Positions 38,426 to 49,709 of a stretch of DNA of 64,000 bases are shown piece by piece. This DNA comes from Pirellulales bacterium (GTDB taxonomy: Bacteria; Planctomycetota; Planctomycetia; Pirellulales; PALSA-1355). The position numbers and the translations under genes were made by a program. The notes under the pieces are model-generated. The model was not told the DNA's origin and searched no databases. It saw only the letters and a program-made list of their open reading frames with translations. Within the stretch, counting starts at the first letter, position 1. Every line of letters begins with the position of its first letter. The stretch spans positions 128,001-192,000 of the forward strand of contig CAVTBU010000004.1 in assembly GCA_963733035.1 (NCBI GenBank), given 5' to 3'.

Positions 38426-39532
38426 CTATCCGCCGTAGCCTTGCGCTAGCTCGCGCAAATGTTCAAGTACTTCCTCGATGTCCGGCACTTGCACGCCACG
38501 TTCCCGCCCGCCACGATCGCAGTCGCAAAGCAGCATCAGGTCGTCGAAGTCCTCATGGGCTTCCAGGCGGCGACGCGCTCGGGCACCAAGGGTGCCGTCG
38601 CGCAATGCTCCGGCCTCCATGTGATGCTGGATGAACCACGCGGTCCGCTCGGTAATGTAGCCGTCGAGCGCCTCGAGCGCCGCGGCCACATGCTCGCGCG
38701 GATCGATCGCCTTGCCGACATCGTGCAACAGTGCCGCCGTCTGGAACTCCTCGTCGTAAGGCAACGCGTCGCGGGCCAGCTCAAAGACCTGCAAACTGTG
38801 ATACAACGCATCTCCCTCCGGATGCCATTGGGGATTCTGCTTGACGGTTTCGAGGGGTAGCAGCAGCATCTGGTAAATCTGGAAACGGTCTACGCGTTGA
38901 TCCGCCTCGAGCAGGGCGTCTTCAATCGACAGATCCGGATATTCCTCGGCCAAAAGCTGTTCCAGCTCGGCGATGCTCGCCCGCTCGATGGCTTTGCCGG
39001 TGATCGAGCTCTTGAATACGTAGTGCGCTAGATTGCCGGCATAGACGGTGATCTCGATCGGGAAGCGCTCCTGCACGTGAACATGCGTGAAAATGCGTTC
39101 TTCTCCATGTTTGCGAACCTGCTTGCGCTCCACGTCGAACGTGAATCCCTCAGCCTCGAGCGCACCGGTCACTCCTTCGAGGCTATCAGCAAAGACGTGA
39201 ATGTCGATGTCCGAGCCTTGCCGAACGTGGCCTGTCATCGTGCTGCCGATCAGCCGCGGGCGGAACGCGGCCAGCAGCTTCATGACGCGCAGGGCCTCGA
39301 TGCGCATGTCGCGCAGGTTGGCCGTACGACTTTGGCCTTCGTGCATGCGGGCCAGCGATTGGATTTCGTCGCGGATTTCGCGATTCGTGGGGAGATCGGC
39401 CGGCTTGACCCAGCCCTGGCAGATGCGGCGAGCCGCCTTCATTTTGGCCCGATAATACTCCGACTCCTGCCGGACGTACATCATGCGGGCCGCCTCATAG
39501 GTGATTTGGCGCCGCAGCTTGTCGTTGCTCAT
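38426..39532 (-). CDS. Pol-beta-type nucleotidyltransferase fused to an HD phosphohydrolase domain
   Basis: LIGSTMTGHVRQGSDIDIHV (GS..DxD); QNPQWHPEGDALYHS..ALLHDVGK..HH..CDRGGR. Confidence 0.8.
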   Translation of the reverse strand: MSNDKLRRQITYEAARMMYVRQESEYYRAKMKAARRICQGWVKPADLPTNREIRDEIQSLARMHEGQSRTANLRDMRIEALRVMKLLAAFRPRLIGSTMTGHVRQGSDIDIHVFADSLEGVTGALEAEGFTFDVERKQVRKHGEERIFTHVHVQERFPIEITVYAGNLAHYVFKSSITGKAIERASIAELEQLLAEEYPDLSIEDALLEADQRVDRFQIYQMLLLPLETVKQNPQWHPEGDALYHSLQVFELARDALPYDEEFQTAALLHDVGKAIDPREHVAAALEALDGYITERTAWFIQHHMEAGALRDGTLGARARRRLEAHEDFDDLMLLCDCDRGGRERGVQVPDIEEVLEHLRELAQGYGG

Positions 39533-39690
39533 CGCGATTGGCGCCGGAACCAAGCCCATCGATGCGGCGCGGGGCAGTCGTGCTTTCAAGTATAGGCAGC
39601 TTGGCTCCGGTGCGGCAACGGCAACCGCTGTCGGCTGGCGATATAATGCACCATTGGTCCCCCCTCCCTGGCCCAGGCCCGAGGTCCGCA

Positions 39691-40179
39691 ATGGAACAAT
39701 TCTGGAATGAAATTCAAGCCGATTTGCCGGGTGAGTATGAAATCCTGTCGGTGACTTTTCGGCTGGCGCTGGCCGCGGTGCTTGGTTCGCTGCCGGGACT
39801 GCAGCGAGAATGGCTCGGCCAGGCCGCCGGGTTGCGAACGCACATGATGGTCTCGGTCGGGGCGGCCATCTTCGTAATGGCCGCGATCGAAGCCGGCACG
39901 TCGGTCAACGATACAACTCGCGTCGTACAGGGCCTGGCCACGGGTATCGGCTTCGTCGGCGCTGGCGCGATCATGAAGTCCAAGGAGGAACACGAAATTC
40001 ACGGTCTGACGACCGCGGCCAGCATATGGCTGACCGCGGGGTTGGGTACCGCCGTCGGGTTGGGGCGAATCTGGCTCCCGCTGTTTGGAAGTCTGCTGGC
40101 CGTCGTCATTCTGTCGGTGCTGCGCGCGATCAGCGCCCGTGTGGGTCCGCCTGAAACAGTCGGACGCGACCCGGACTAG
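39691..40179 (+). CDS. MgtC/SapB family membrane protein
   Basis: GLQRE..AAGLRTHMMVSVGA, QGLATGIGFVGAGAI, GLTTAASIW. Confidence 0.9.
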   Translation: MEQFWNEIQADLPGEYEILSVTFRLALAAVLGSLPGLQREWLGQAAGLRTHMMVSVGAAIFVMAAIEAGTSVNDTTRVVQGLATGIGFVGAGAIMKSKEEHEIHGLTTAASIWLTAGLGTAVGLGRIWLPLFGSLLAVVILSVLRAISARVGPPETVGRDPD

Positions 40180-40967
40180 TCGAGTCGCCCCAATAGCCAA
40201 TCGAGCGCATTGAGCCAGAAGCGATTGTAGTGATCCCAATACACAAAGTTGCAGCCCCAATGCGGCGCCGGGTCGGACGTGTAGGCCAGTACGCGCCCCT
40301 GTCCAAAACGGCCGACCGCCAACAGCGGGTCTCCCTCGGGCATCCAGCGGGCCAAAACCTGGCATCCCTCGCGCGGCTTGACGATGTTGTAGCCGAGCAC
40401 CAGCGGCATCTCGCGAATGTCAAAATCGTTAAAAAACGGATGGGCTGCGTCCACGGGCTCGGCCTTGTATCCCTCCGTGCTCTCGCGAAGATCCTCCCAT
40501 TCGAGGCAATGAACCGGCAAGATCTCCTTAAGCCCGGTGCGACCCCAGCCCCCCTTGCCGCACTCGCCGTTGAAACTGAGCCAACCGCCGAGGAACATCA
40601 TGCTCTTGCCGCCCTGCACCGCCTCGACAGTCAACCGCACCCGGTCAGGAAAGCTGAGTTGCCCGTGACCGAACTTCGAGCGGTCGAAGAACGACGGGGC
40701 AAGTTGAAAGTTGCGGGCCTCGACGTCCGAGAAGATGAGCACGTCGTACTCGTCGATGAGTTGTTCGTACTCACCCGGACCAAGTTTGTAGAACTCCCAA
40801 CTCGGCACGCTGGTCACCTGATGTTCGCCACTGGACTCAAGAGCCTCCTTGAGCCAGGTGCCGTAGTTGAAGATCTCTGTTCCCTTCCAGGTGTAGTTGA
40901 AGGGCGTTTCGGCGAACATCGGGCCCATCAGGACGGCCCAATCGCCGGCGTAGTAGATTTTGGCCAT
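40176..40967 (-). CDS. Glutamine amidotransferase-like (GATase1-like / DUF1355) protein
   Basis: YDVLIFSDV, MFLGGWLSF, EILPV, DPLLAVGRFGQGRVLAYTSDPAPHWG. Confidence 0.75.
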   Translation of the reverse strand: MAKIYYAGDWAVLMGPMFAETPFNYTWKGTEIFNYGTWLKEALESSGEHQVTSVPSWEFYKLGPGEYEQLIDEYDVLIFSDVEARNFQLAPSFFDRSKFGHGQLSFPDRVRLTVEAVQGGKSMMFLGGWLSFNGECGKGGWGRTGLKEILPVHCLEWEDLRESTEGYKAEPVDAAHPFFNDFDIREMPLVLGYNIVKPREGCQVLARWMPEGDPLLAVGRFGQGRVLAYTSDPAPHWGCNFVYWDHYNRFWLNALDWLLGRLD

Positions 40968-41115
40968 GGGAGAACCGGGGAAGGCAATGGAAGGCGGAAG
41001 TCAGCAGGATGAAGGATGAGTAGTTGGTTGTCAAACCCCCATCCCCGCGTGCCGCACAATACTGCAAGTGTGCCGGGAGTACCTTCCGCGCTCCGCGCTG
41101 CCTGGATCCTTCCCG

Positions 41116-43295
41116 CTAGTTCTTTTGTTCTTCCCCGGGATGATACCTCCGTTTCGCGTGGGCCAAGACATCCTTCCATTCGAACCACGCGGGCTTGAAC
41201 TGGCGCTTTGAGTAGAGCGCGGCTTGGTCCATGAAGTGCGGCGATTTGGGATCGGAGCTTTCGCCGAATTGCAGAATCGTGGCCGCGTTCACTTTGTCGC
41301 CGAACTCGTAGACGCCAATGAATGAACCTCCGACGACGCCGTATTGCTTCTTGTGGTCGGCGGTGGGCGGGACGTAATACGTGTTAAACACGACGCCTAA
41401 CGGCCCCGGCACGCCGGCACACGGCAAACTTGGCAGTTTATCCGAAAACGGGATTGTGGCGGCCTCGGCGTAGTTGGCATGCCGCTGCATGCGACTAACA
41501 TCGCCCCACTTGACTTTCCAGTCGCCATAGAACGCCTGCAGGGTCTGCGCGGCCTCGACTAGAGCCGCAAGCTGGGCCTTGGCGTTGCCGACCATCTCCG
41601 GCTTGAGCGTTTCCACCGGATAGCCACGGCCGTAGAGTTGCTCGTACCACAGGACGCACAGCGTCGTTTCGGTCGAATCGAGCGACGACTTGCAATTCCA
41701 GTTCAGCAGGTGATCGAGATACGGCTGCACCTTGGCCGCCAGTTCCGAATCGGTGTCGCTAAGCGCTTCGAGGTCGCGCGCCATCCGGGGCAGGTTGACC
41801 AGCGGCCAGTAAAGCGTCGTATCCCAGCCGGCCTCCTTCCAATCATCAAACGTGACGTCATGCATTTTGCGCAAGAGCATTCGCGAAACTTCGGACCGCC
41901 GCTTGTCGGTCATTCGCTCTTCGACCATGTAGGTCGGGAAATCACCAATCGACGGGTTGCCAACGTCGGTCGCCAAAAACGGCGTGGCGTTGCAGTTCTG
42001 CACGTATCCCGACTCAGGATTGAGGATTTGCGGTAGCTCGCCGAACGTGTGCAATCCCTGCCATTCGGTCCGCGGATCGGAACCGTCGACGGGCTTGGAC
42101 CAATCGAAGCTTGGATCGCGCTTCGGCACGGTGCCGTTGTAGACATAGTAAATGTTGCCCCGATTGTCAGCGTAGCAGGTATTGAACATCTGCAGGTTAA
42201 GTTCGGCCATCGCCGCGCGCCATTCCGCGAGGTCCTGGGCCTTGCCCATTTTCAGCGCCTGCCGCAGTCGGCTTCCCTCGGTCAACCGGGCGATCTTGAC
42301 CGCCAAGAAACGTCCGTCGTCCTGCTTTCCAATGATCGGGCCGTGATGCGTCTTGCGGAACGTGTACGTGCGATCCTCCAGACCAGATGGTGTCTTGACC
42401 TTGATGGTCTCCTTCCACTCATTCGCCGTGCGATAGCCGTCGCCGTAACGATAGTTAAGGGGATTCTTGGGATCATCGAAGGTTTCAATCCACACGTCGC
42501 CCACGTCGGGCTCGTTGACCGTATGCGACCAGCCGAGCTTTTCGTTGTGGCCAATCGTGATCAGCGGGCCGCCAAAGAACGCCGAGCCGGCCATGTTCAA
42601 CCCTTCGCCGCTCTTAAGGTGTCCCTCATAAAACTGGCCAAATCCGAACCACGGCTGATGCGGATTGGCGAACAGCATCGCCTTGCCCGACTTGGTGCGG
42701 CTGGGTCCGATGGCCCAAGTGTTCGAGCCGGTGGCGCGCGAATCTCCTCCATCACGGCCCGGACCTTGCCCTTCGAGGCGTGCGTCTTGCCAAACAGAAA
42801 ATCAAGCAGTACAGCCCGCTCGTAGGCAATCACATGCCACGGCTCGAACTTGGTGATCAATCGCGGTTGAACTTCCGGGTGTTTGGCGAGGTAGTGGTTC
42901 AAACCGGCGACGTAGCCGGCACAGATCGCTTGCACATGCGGCTCGAGTTTCGGATAGTCGGCCTGTGCTCCCCTGACGATCTCGAACGAACGATTGAGCA
43001 AGTCCTTGTCGAGGCCATGCTCACCGTAGATTTCAGCGTAGCGGCCGAGCGAGGCAATGTAGGTATCTTCGATTTGCCAGAAGTAGTCCTGCGCTTGCGC
43101 ATACGCAAATCCGAACGACACGCTGGCGTCGGTCGGCCCTTCGACGTGTGGCACGCCCCACTCGTCGCGGTGAATCGTTACCTGCGACGCGAGTTTCTCG
43201 CCCAGCTCGTCGGCCCGACAATCTGCGGGTAGTGCGACACAAAAAGAGCCAATCGCCCAGACAACACCAAGAATCATCAACTGAAATCGCCGCAT
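41116..43295 (-). CDS. Penicillin acylase / AHL-acylase family Ntn hydrolase (secreted); frameshifted near 42737
   Basis: [21 protein letters not shown] (alpha part); after the shift [25 protein letters not shown] (nucleophile Ser), [25 protein letters not shown]. Confidence 0.88.
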
Positions 43296-43467
43296 GGCCA
43301 GAACTCCTACGTACAGACCGCACGTGACAGAATGAGGGGATGGCGATAGCTTGGCATGCGGGCGAGTACAATGCAAGCAAATCGTGTCGGGCGAAAACCA
43401 CTTCCTGTGGGCGCATATCGATCCAAGTTAGAAATACCGTGACTTTTGACGCCGAGCTAAAACCTAG

Positions 43468-44733
43468 CTATTGGTCCGGGCCGATGCACCACAAATGCTC
43501 GTACGTACGGATGAAGATTTCGCCGTCGGAGATAACAATGGATGAGTTGGTGGCTTCGTTCAGAGGGTTGGTGGCAAGCAGTTCGAAAACCGGACTGGCC
43601 TTAAGGACGAACGTATCGCCGGCCTGGTTGAGCATGTACAGTCGCTCGTCAGCCGTCAGGATCATCGACGACCAGGTGTCGCCAGTGCCGCCGGCAGTGA
43701 GCCGCTCTTCCCATATGGGCTCGCCTGTTTTCAGGTCAAGGCACTGAACGATGCCCTGCATGTCGTTGACATAGATGTGGCCCTGATGGACGACGCCTGA
43801 ACCCAGGCGGAGCTTGCTCTTGGGCTGCTGCCAAACGACGTGACTATCGGTCACGTCGCCAATTCCTCCAGGCCGCACCGCCACGCAGGCGCGATGATAG
43901 CCGCCCAGGGCCACCAAAATGCCGTCACCCCACATCGGCGACGTGTACACAAGCGACCCCAGGCCTCCAGCACTCCACAGCTGCTTGCCGGTCCGCGGCG
44001 CGAAGGCAACGATCTGTTCGGGTAGCGTCAAAATCAATTCCTCGCGGCCGGCGTCCTCGATCACAAGCGGCGTGCTCCAACTGCCCCGCAAATTGTCATC
44101 GCGCTCGAGTTGTTCAGGCGTAGGCTTCGGCAGATGATAGCGCCAGACATCCCTGCCCGTCCGTTTGTCGACGGCCACGACGAACTCATTCTTCCCAGGC
44201 CCGAAGTTCACAATGCAAAGATCTTCGTGAAGGATTGGCGAGGCGGCATAGCCCCACTCATGCTCCTGGATGCCCAGGTCGCGGTGCCACATTTGCTTGC
44301 CTTCGAGGTCGAAACAGAAAACGCCGGCCGAGCCGAACCAGGCGATCACCCGCTCACCGTCGGTCACGGGTGACGCCGAACAATAGGGATTCGTCGGATG
44401 GGTCGGTTCCTTAGCTGTATAGATCGTCCCCGCTTGCCAGAGCGTTTTACCTGTTGCGCGATCGAGACAGATCAGCGTGCGACGCTGCTCATTTTGGATC
44501 GGCTGGGTGACGAAGACCTTGTCGCCCCAAACAATCGGCGTGGAGTTGCCGCGCTCGGGCAGCTTGACCTTCCAGTGGACGTTCTCCGTGGGGCTCCAAT
44601 CGAGTTGAAGTTTCGACTCGCCGGAAACCCCGGTTCCTCGCGGCCCGCGCCATTGCGGCCAGTTTTCGGCCTCGGCGTGGGCACCAAGCAGCAAAACGAA
44701 CAATGTGAACCAGACGATATGGCGAGCAAACAT
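43468..44733 (-). CDS. PQQ-binding-like (BamB-like) beta-propeller protein
   Basis: Signal peptide then ENWPQWRGPRGTG, GNSTPIVWGD, SASPVTDG, WGYAASP, SWSTP. Confidence 0.85.
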   Translation of the reverse strand: MFARHIVWFTLFVLLLGAHAEAENWPQWRGPRGTGVSGESKLQLDWSPTENVHWKVKLPERGNSTPIVWGDKVFVTQPIQNEQRRTLICLDRATGKTLWQAGTIYTAKEPTHPTNPYCSASPVTDGERVIAWFGSAGVFCFDLEGKQMWHRDLGIQEHEWGYAASPILHEDLCIVNFGPGKNEFVVAVDKRTGRDVWRYHLPKPTPEQLERDDNLRGSWSTPLVIEDAGREELILTLPEQIVAFAPRTGKQLWSAGGLGSLVYTSPMWGDGILVALGGYHRACVAVRPGGIGDVTDSHVVWQQPKSKLRLGSGVVHQGHIYVNDMQGIVQCLDLKTGEPIWEERLTAGGTGDTWSSMILTADERLYMLNQAGDTFVLKASPVFELLATNPLNEATNSSIVISDGEIFIRTYEHLWCIGPDQ

Positions 44734-44857
44734 CGGCAAGTACATCCTGTTGTGAACTTGGACCATCGCGGAAACAACACCGGTGGTGCTTGACATATTC
44801 TGCGCGAGGTCGGCATGATTGTCGACAACAACAATAGTGGCAACGGGAACACCGATC

Positions 44858-45793
44858 ATGGGCAATCTTTGGGGTGGAATCGAAGCGGGCGGAACGAAGT
44901 TCGTCTGCGCGGTCGGCACAGGTCCGAACGACGTTCGAGCCGAGGTTCGCTTTGCGACGACGACTCCCACGGAAACGCTTGGGCGCGCGATCACTTTCTT
45001 CCGTGAACAGACCAGCCGACTGGGCGAGTTGGCGGCCATCGGCATTGCGTCCTTCGGACCGATTGATCCCAAGCCCGGCTCCGCGACCTATGGCTACATC
45101 ACTACCACCCCTAAACCCGGCTGGGGTCATATCGACTTCGCCGGCACGGTCAGCCGTGAACTCGGCGTGCCTGTGGGATTCGACACGGATGTCAACGTCG
45201 CGGCACTCGGCGAGTGGCGTTGGGGTGCCGGACAGGGCCTGGCAAACCTGATCTATCTCACCATTGGTACTGGTATTGGCGGCGGGGGTCTGATGAACGG
45301 ACGACTGATGCATGGATTGGTTCACCCTGAAATGGGGCACATGCGCCTCCCGCACGACCGCGAGGCCGATCCTTACACGGGACACTGCCCCTATCATGGC
45401 GACTGTTTCGAGGGACTCGCCTCGGGTCCGGCAATGGCCGACCGCTGGGGACAAGCGGCCCACACCTTGCCGGAAGACCATCAGGCATGGCCGCTCGAAG
45501 CGCACTATTTGGCACTCGCGCTCGTCAACATCGTCTGCACACTTTCGCCAGAACGAATTATTCTTGGCGGCGGCGTGATGTCGCACGGGCAGTTGCTACC
45601 GATGATTCGCCGCGATGCCCAACGCCTGCTGAACCAGTATGTGCAATCGCCGGCCGTGCTCGGCCAGATTGACGAGTACATTGTTGCGCCGGGTCTTGGC
45701 AATCTCTCAGGCGTGTTGGGGGCCTTTGCACTGGCGGAGCAAACATGTGCCAAAAAACGAACGACTGCAAACGACGCTAGATCGGGAATTTGA
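44858..45793 (+). CDS. ROK family sugar kinase (fructokinase-like)
   Basis: [67 protein letters not shown]. Confidence 0.9.
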   Translation: MGNLWGGIEAGGTKFVCAVGTGPNDVRAEVRFATTTPTETLGRAITFFREQTSRLGELAAIGIASFGPIDPKPGSATYGYITTTPKPGWGHIDFAGTVSRELGVPVGFDTDVNVAALGEWRWGAGQGLANLIYLTIGTGIGGGGLMNGRLMHGLVHPEMGHMRLPHDREADPYTGHCPYHGDCFEGLASGPAMADRWGQAAHTLPEDHQAWPLEAHYLALALVNIVCTLSPERIILGGGVMSHGQLLPMIRRDAQRLLNQYVQSPAVLGQIDEYIVAPGLGNLSGVLGAFALAEQTCAKKRTTANDARSGI

Positions 45794-47315
45794 TGCCCTG
45801 GGCCAGCGGCAATTCGGTGGAGTAGTTGACGGTGTTGGTTGCGCGGCGCATGTAGTTCTTCCAGGCGTCGGAGCCCGACTCCCGGCCCCCGCCGGTTTCC
45901 TTTTCGCCACCGAAGGCTCCGCCAATTTCCGCGCCGCTAGTTCCGATGTTCACGTTGGCAATGCCGCAGTCCGAGCCGACCGCCGAGCAAAACAGCTCGG
46001 CTTCGCGGACGTCGTTCGTAAAGATGGCCGAGGCCAGACCCTGTGGCACACTGTTGTTGATGGCAATCGCTTCCTCGATCGTCTCGTATCGCATGAAGTA
46101 CAGAATTGGCGCGAAAGTTTCCTGTTGAACAATCGGAGCCTGAGGTTCGATCTCGACGATTGCAGGTCGCACGTAGACGCCGCCGCGCGATACACCCGTT
46201 GTGATTCGCTCACCACCGTGTACTTTTCCGCCCTGAACTGTCGCCTGCTCCAAAGCCTGTTGCATGGCTTCGGCGGCGTGCCAATCTATAATCGGACCGA
46301 CGAGCGTCCCTTGGTCCAAGGGATCGCCGATCGCCAACTCCGCATATACTTTTAATAATCGCGCCAACAGGCCTTCGGCAATCGAACTGTGGACGATCAA
46401 TCGGCGCAAACTCGTACAGCGCTGGCCGCAAGTGCCCACGGCCGCAAAAACGCTCCCGCGCAATGCCAGATTCAGGTCGGCCGAAGGCGCCACGACGGCG
46501 GCGTTGTTGCCGCCCAATTCCAACAGCGAGCGACCCAATCGCGCGGCCACTGTTTGTCCGACAACGCGGCCCATCTTCACCGAGCCGGTGGCCGAGATCA
46601 GCGGGAACTTGGGAGACGACGCGATGGCATGGCCAATTTCCTCGCCGCCGCCGATCACAACGTTGGTCACTTCGCTCGGAAAATCAGGGAACTCGGCCAG
46701 CACGTCCGTGGCAAGCTTCTGACAGGCCAGCGCCGAAATCGGCGCCTTCTCCGAAGGCTTCCACACGAGCGTATCGCCACACACGAGCGCCAGCATTGCA
46801 TTCCAAGCCCAAACGGCAACTGGAAAATTAAAGGCGGTGATGACGCCGACGGGGCCGAGCGGGTGCCACTGTTCGGTAAGCCGATGGTGAGGCCGTTCGC
46901 TGGCGATCGATAGTCCATAAAGTTGGCGGCTGAGCCCAACGGCAAAGTCGCAAATGTCGATCATCTCCTGCACTTCACCGGCTGCTTCCTCGAGGATCTT
47001 GCCCGTTTCGAGCGTCACTATTAAAGCCAGGTCGGCTTTGTGCTCGCGGAGCCGCTCACCGATTCGCCGCACGACGTCACCGCGGCGCGGCGCGGGGGCG
47101 GTCCGCCATTCGAGAAACGCAGCGTGCGCCGCCGCCGCGGCATGTTCTACGTCGGCCGACGTGGCGGTGGGGAAACGGGCCAGTTCCGATCCGTCGATTG
47201 GTGAATACACGCACAACAAATCTCCCCGTCCGATTGAATGGCGATCGCCGATCGCCACGGCTGCCGGGTGAGCAACGCCCATTCGATCCAAAGCTTCTTC
47301 AAGCATTCGTTTCAT
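45777..47315 (-). CDS. Aldehyde dehydrogenase family 7 (alpha-aminoadipic semialdehyde / piperideine-6-carboxylate dehydrogenase)
   Basis: [79 protein letters not shown]. Confidence 0.9.
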   Translation of the reverse strand: MKRMLEEALDRMGVAHPAAVAIGDRHSIGRGDLLCVYSPIDGSELARFPTATSADVEHAAAAAHAAFLEWRTAPAPRRGDVVRRIGERLREHKADLALIVTLETGKILEEAAGEVQEMIDICDFAVGLSRQLYGLSIASERPHHRLTEQWHPLGPVGVITAFNFPVAVWAWNAMLALVCGDTLVWKPSEKAPISALACQKLATDVLAEFPDFPSEVTNVVIGGGEEIGHAIASSPKFPLISATGSVKMGRVVGQTVAARLGRSLLELGGNNAAVVAPSADLNLALRGSVFAAVGTCGQRCTSLRRLIVHSSIAEGLLARLLKVYAELAIGDPLDQGTLVGPIIDWHAAEAMQQALEQATVQGGKVHGGERITTGVSRGGVYVRPAIVEIEPQAPIVQQETFAPILYFMRYETIEEAIAINNSVPQGLASAIFTNDVREAELFCSAVGSDCGIANVNIGTSGAEIGGAFGGEKETGGGRESGSDAWKNYMRRATNTVNYSTELPLAQGIKFPI

Positions 47316-48446
47316 CGCCGATTCCTTCCTCGTCCGCAGGCCCCATGAAGCGGCTAAAGACTTTAGAGCCCTGATAGTGCTGTCCGAAGCGATTGGCCAT
47401 GAAGTCATCGAATGCGACTTGCTCCTGCCGCACGAGCCCGGTGCCGGCGAGGCGGTGTTCAAAATACAGGTCGACCACAGCACAAATACCAGCGGCAGTG
47501 GTAATCTGAATTGCACTCCACGCCTCATCACCAATCGATTCGCCGTAGATCTTGCGGGCGTCGCTCAGCTGCACGAGTTGACCTTTGCGGCGGCCCGAAA
47601 CCGTGCAAAAGATGACCACGACGTCCTGAAACGTGACGGGCACGGCATTTTCGAGAATGTCCTTGAGCAAATCCCTGCGGACGGACAGACGAAGTTCGGC
47701 CGTCAGGAAGCGCATCAGGTCGCGGTGCCCCATGTAGCGAATCGTCTTATAGTTCAGCTCTCGCACACGGTTTTGCAGGGTGTCACAGAGCGTGCCCAAT
47801 CCGCCGGAAGTGTTGAACGCCTCGTACCGCACGCCGTCGAGAGAAAAATGCTCGACGCCCTCAAGCGGCAAGACTTCAATCCGGCGTTCCTCATGAATCG
47901 CCTCGCACAGATTGCAGTACTCATTGATCAGACCATCGGTCGACCAGGTGAGGTTGTACATCAGCGCGCCCGTGGGGAACTGCGGCAGCGCGCCCACCCG
48001 CATGTAAACAGTTTCCAGCGAATCGAAGGACTCGGTCAGATGCTGGGCGACAATCGAGACGAACCCCGGCGCCAGCCCGCATTGCGGCATGAAGATCTGG
48101 CCGCCGCGGGCTTCGGTCGCAATTTCGCTCACGCGGCGGGTTGTTTCGATGTCTTCGGTAAGGTCGAAATAGCTGCGCCTGCCTTGAGCGCCGCGCCCGC
48201 CACGGTGGGGTTGTGAGCAAAGCTGAGTGCCGAAATAACAGCTTCTCGACCGTCGAGGGCACGCGCCAACTGAGTTGGATCGTCCGCATCGAGCCGGATG
48301 GTTTCGACTCCGGCCACTTCACGAATCCGAGCAAGCGCCGCTGGCTCCTGATCGCCAACGAGCACGTCGTAGTCGCCCGAACCAGTAAGAAAGCGGGCGA
48401 TCATGCGGCCAATCTTGCCGGCACCGAGCAACAAGACATTCCGCAT
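47299..48446 (-). CDS. Saccharopine dehydrogenase / lysine 6-dehydrogenase family protein; frameshifted near 48176
   Basis: LLGAGKIG Rossmann motif; after the shift SYFDLTED, PQCGLAPG, MRVGALP, YNLTWSTDGLINEY, EAFNTSGG, YKTIRY.GH, AIQITTA. Confidence 0.87.
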
Positions 48447-48692
48447 GGGTCCGCCTTTCGCAGGAAATGCGCGCGATTGCTGGCGCGTCCACCCGCGCAG
48501 CAGTGAGGAGAAGTTGCCTATACTACAATTATACGCCACTGCAGTGCGTCGGAAATGCGATATTAACTCCGGCGAAACAGCGCCCCTTATGTCCGTGGCC
48601 CGGCACTCCCCTTGCATTGTCTGCCGACGAGCGACTAGCATGGCGACTGTGCGCTGAAAAATGGGACCCCGCTAACTGAGGATGCCGCCGCT

Positions 48693-49709
48693 ATGCGCCT
48701 CACTACTTGCTGTCTGTTCGCGCTTACCGCCCTGTTGCTCGCGACGCGCATCGCCACCTCCGACGAGGTAACGACGGGCACCGTAGTGTTCACTCCGGTA
48801 GGAGATGAAACACGCCTTCCGGCCGTGTTTCGTCTGAAGCCTCACACTTTCGAATACCAGCAGTCGCCGCTGCCGACAATGGGCAAGATCATGACCGTGT
48901 GGGACGTGACCTTTCCCTCGCCAATGGTGACGCCGCATCCCAGGAACAACACGGTCCACTGCGAGTACTTCAGCCCAACTACCCCCGGTGAAAAGCCGGG
49001 CGTTATCGTGCTACATATCTTGGGCGGCGACTTCGACTTGGCACGGATGTTTTGCCGAGCCCTGGCGGGCAGGGGCATTAACGCCCTATTTCTCAAGATG
49101 CCCTACTACGGCGAACGTCGACAGCCAGGAGACGACACGCGAATGATCTCGCTCGATCCGTACCAGACCGTCAAGGGGATGACCCAGGCGGTACTCGATA
49201 TTCGTCGCGCCGCCGCCTGGTTGGCGGCGCGTGAGGAAGTTGCTGACGACCAAATCGGCATCATGGGAATCAGCCTGGGCGGCATCACGGCCAGCCTGGC
49301 ATGCAGCATCGAGCCGCGATTCCACAAGGCATGCTTTCTCTTGGCAGGCGGCGACATGGGACAAGTGGCCTGGACCTCGACCGAGATGAGTGAGTTGCGC
49401 GAGAAGTGGACCGCCGAGGGGCACACCAAGCAGGAGCTGTTCGACATCTTGCGCCCGGTCGATCCGGTCACCTACGCCCGGCCCGCTGCCGGTCGTAAGA
49501 TACTGATGCTCAACGCCAGTCACGACGAGGTCGTGCCACCCGCCTGCACGAAAAGCCTGTGGCGGGCGTTCGGCGAGCCAGAGATCGTCTGGTGGGACGC
49601 CGGCCACTATAGCGCCGTGCGCTACCTGGGGGGTGGCATGTTGCGGGTCGTGGAATTCTTCCAGCCCGACGACAAGACGCAAGCTGCGATTCAGAGCACG
49701 GCGAAGTAG
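48693..49709 (+). CDS. Secreted alpha/beta hydrolase
   Basis: Signal peptide; GISLGG nucleophile elbow; HDEVVP; DAGHY. Confidence 0.8.
   Translation: MRLTTCCLFALTALLLATRIATSDEVTTGTVVFTPVGDETRLPAVFRLKPHTFEYQQSPLPTMGKIMTVWDVTFPSPMVTPHPRNNTVHCEYFSPTTPGEKPGVIVLHILGGDFDLARMFCRALAGRGINALFLKMPYYGERRQPGDDTRMISLDPYQTVKGMTQAVLDIRRAAAWLAAREEVADDQIGIMGISLGGITASLACSIEPRFHKACFLLAGGDMGQVAWTSTEMSELREKWTAEGHTKQELFDILRPVDPVTYARPAAGRKILMLNASHDEVVPPACTKSLWRAFGEPEIVWWDAGHYSAVRYLGGGMLRVVEFFQPDDKTQAAIQSTAK

Noticed and set aside
40975..41025. Purine-rich short repeats (GAAGGC, GGATGAAGGATGA)
   Set aside because: Only two degenerate copies of each; too short to call a repeat element.
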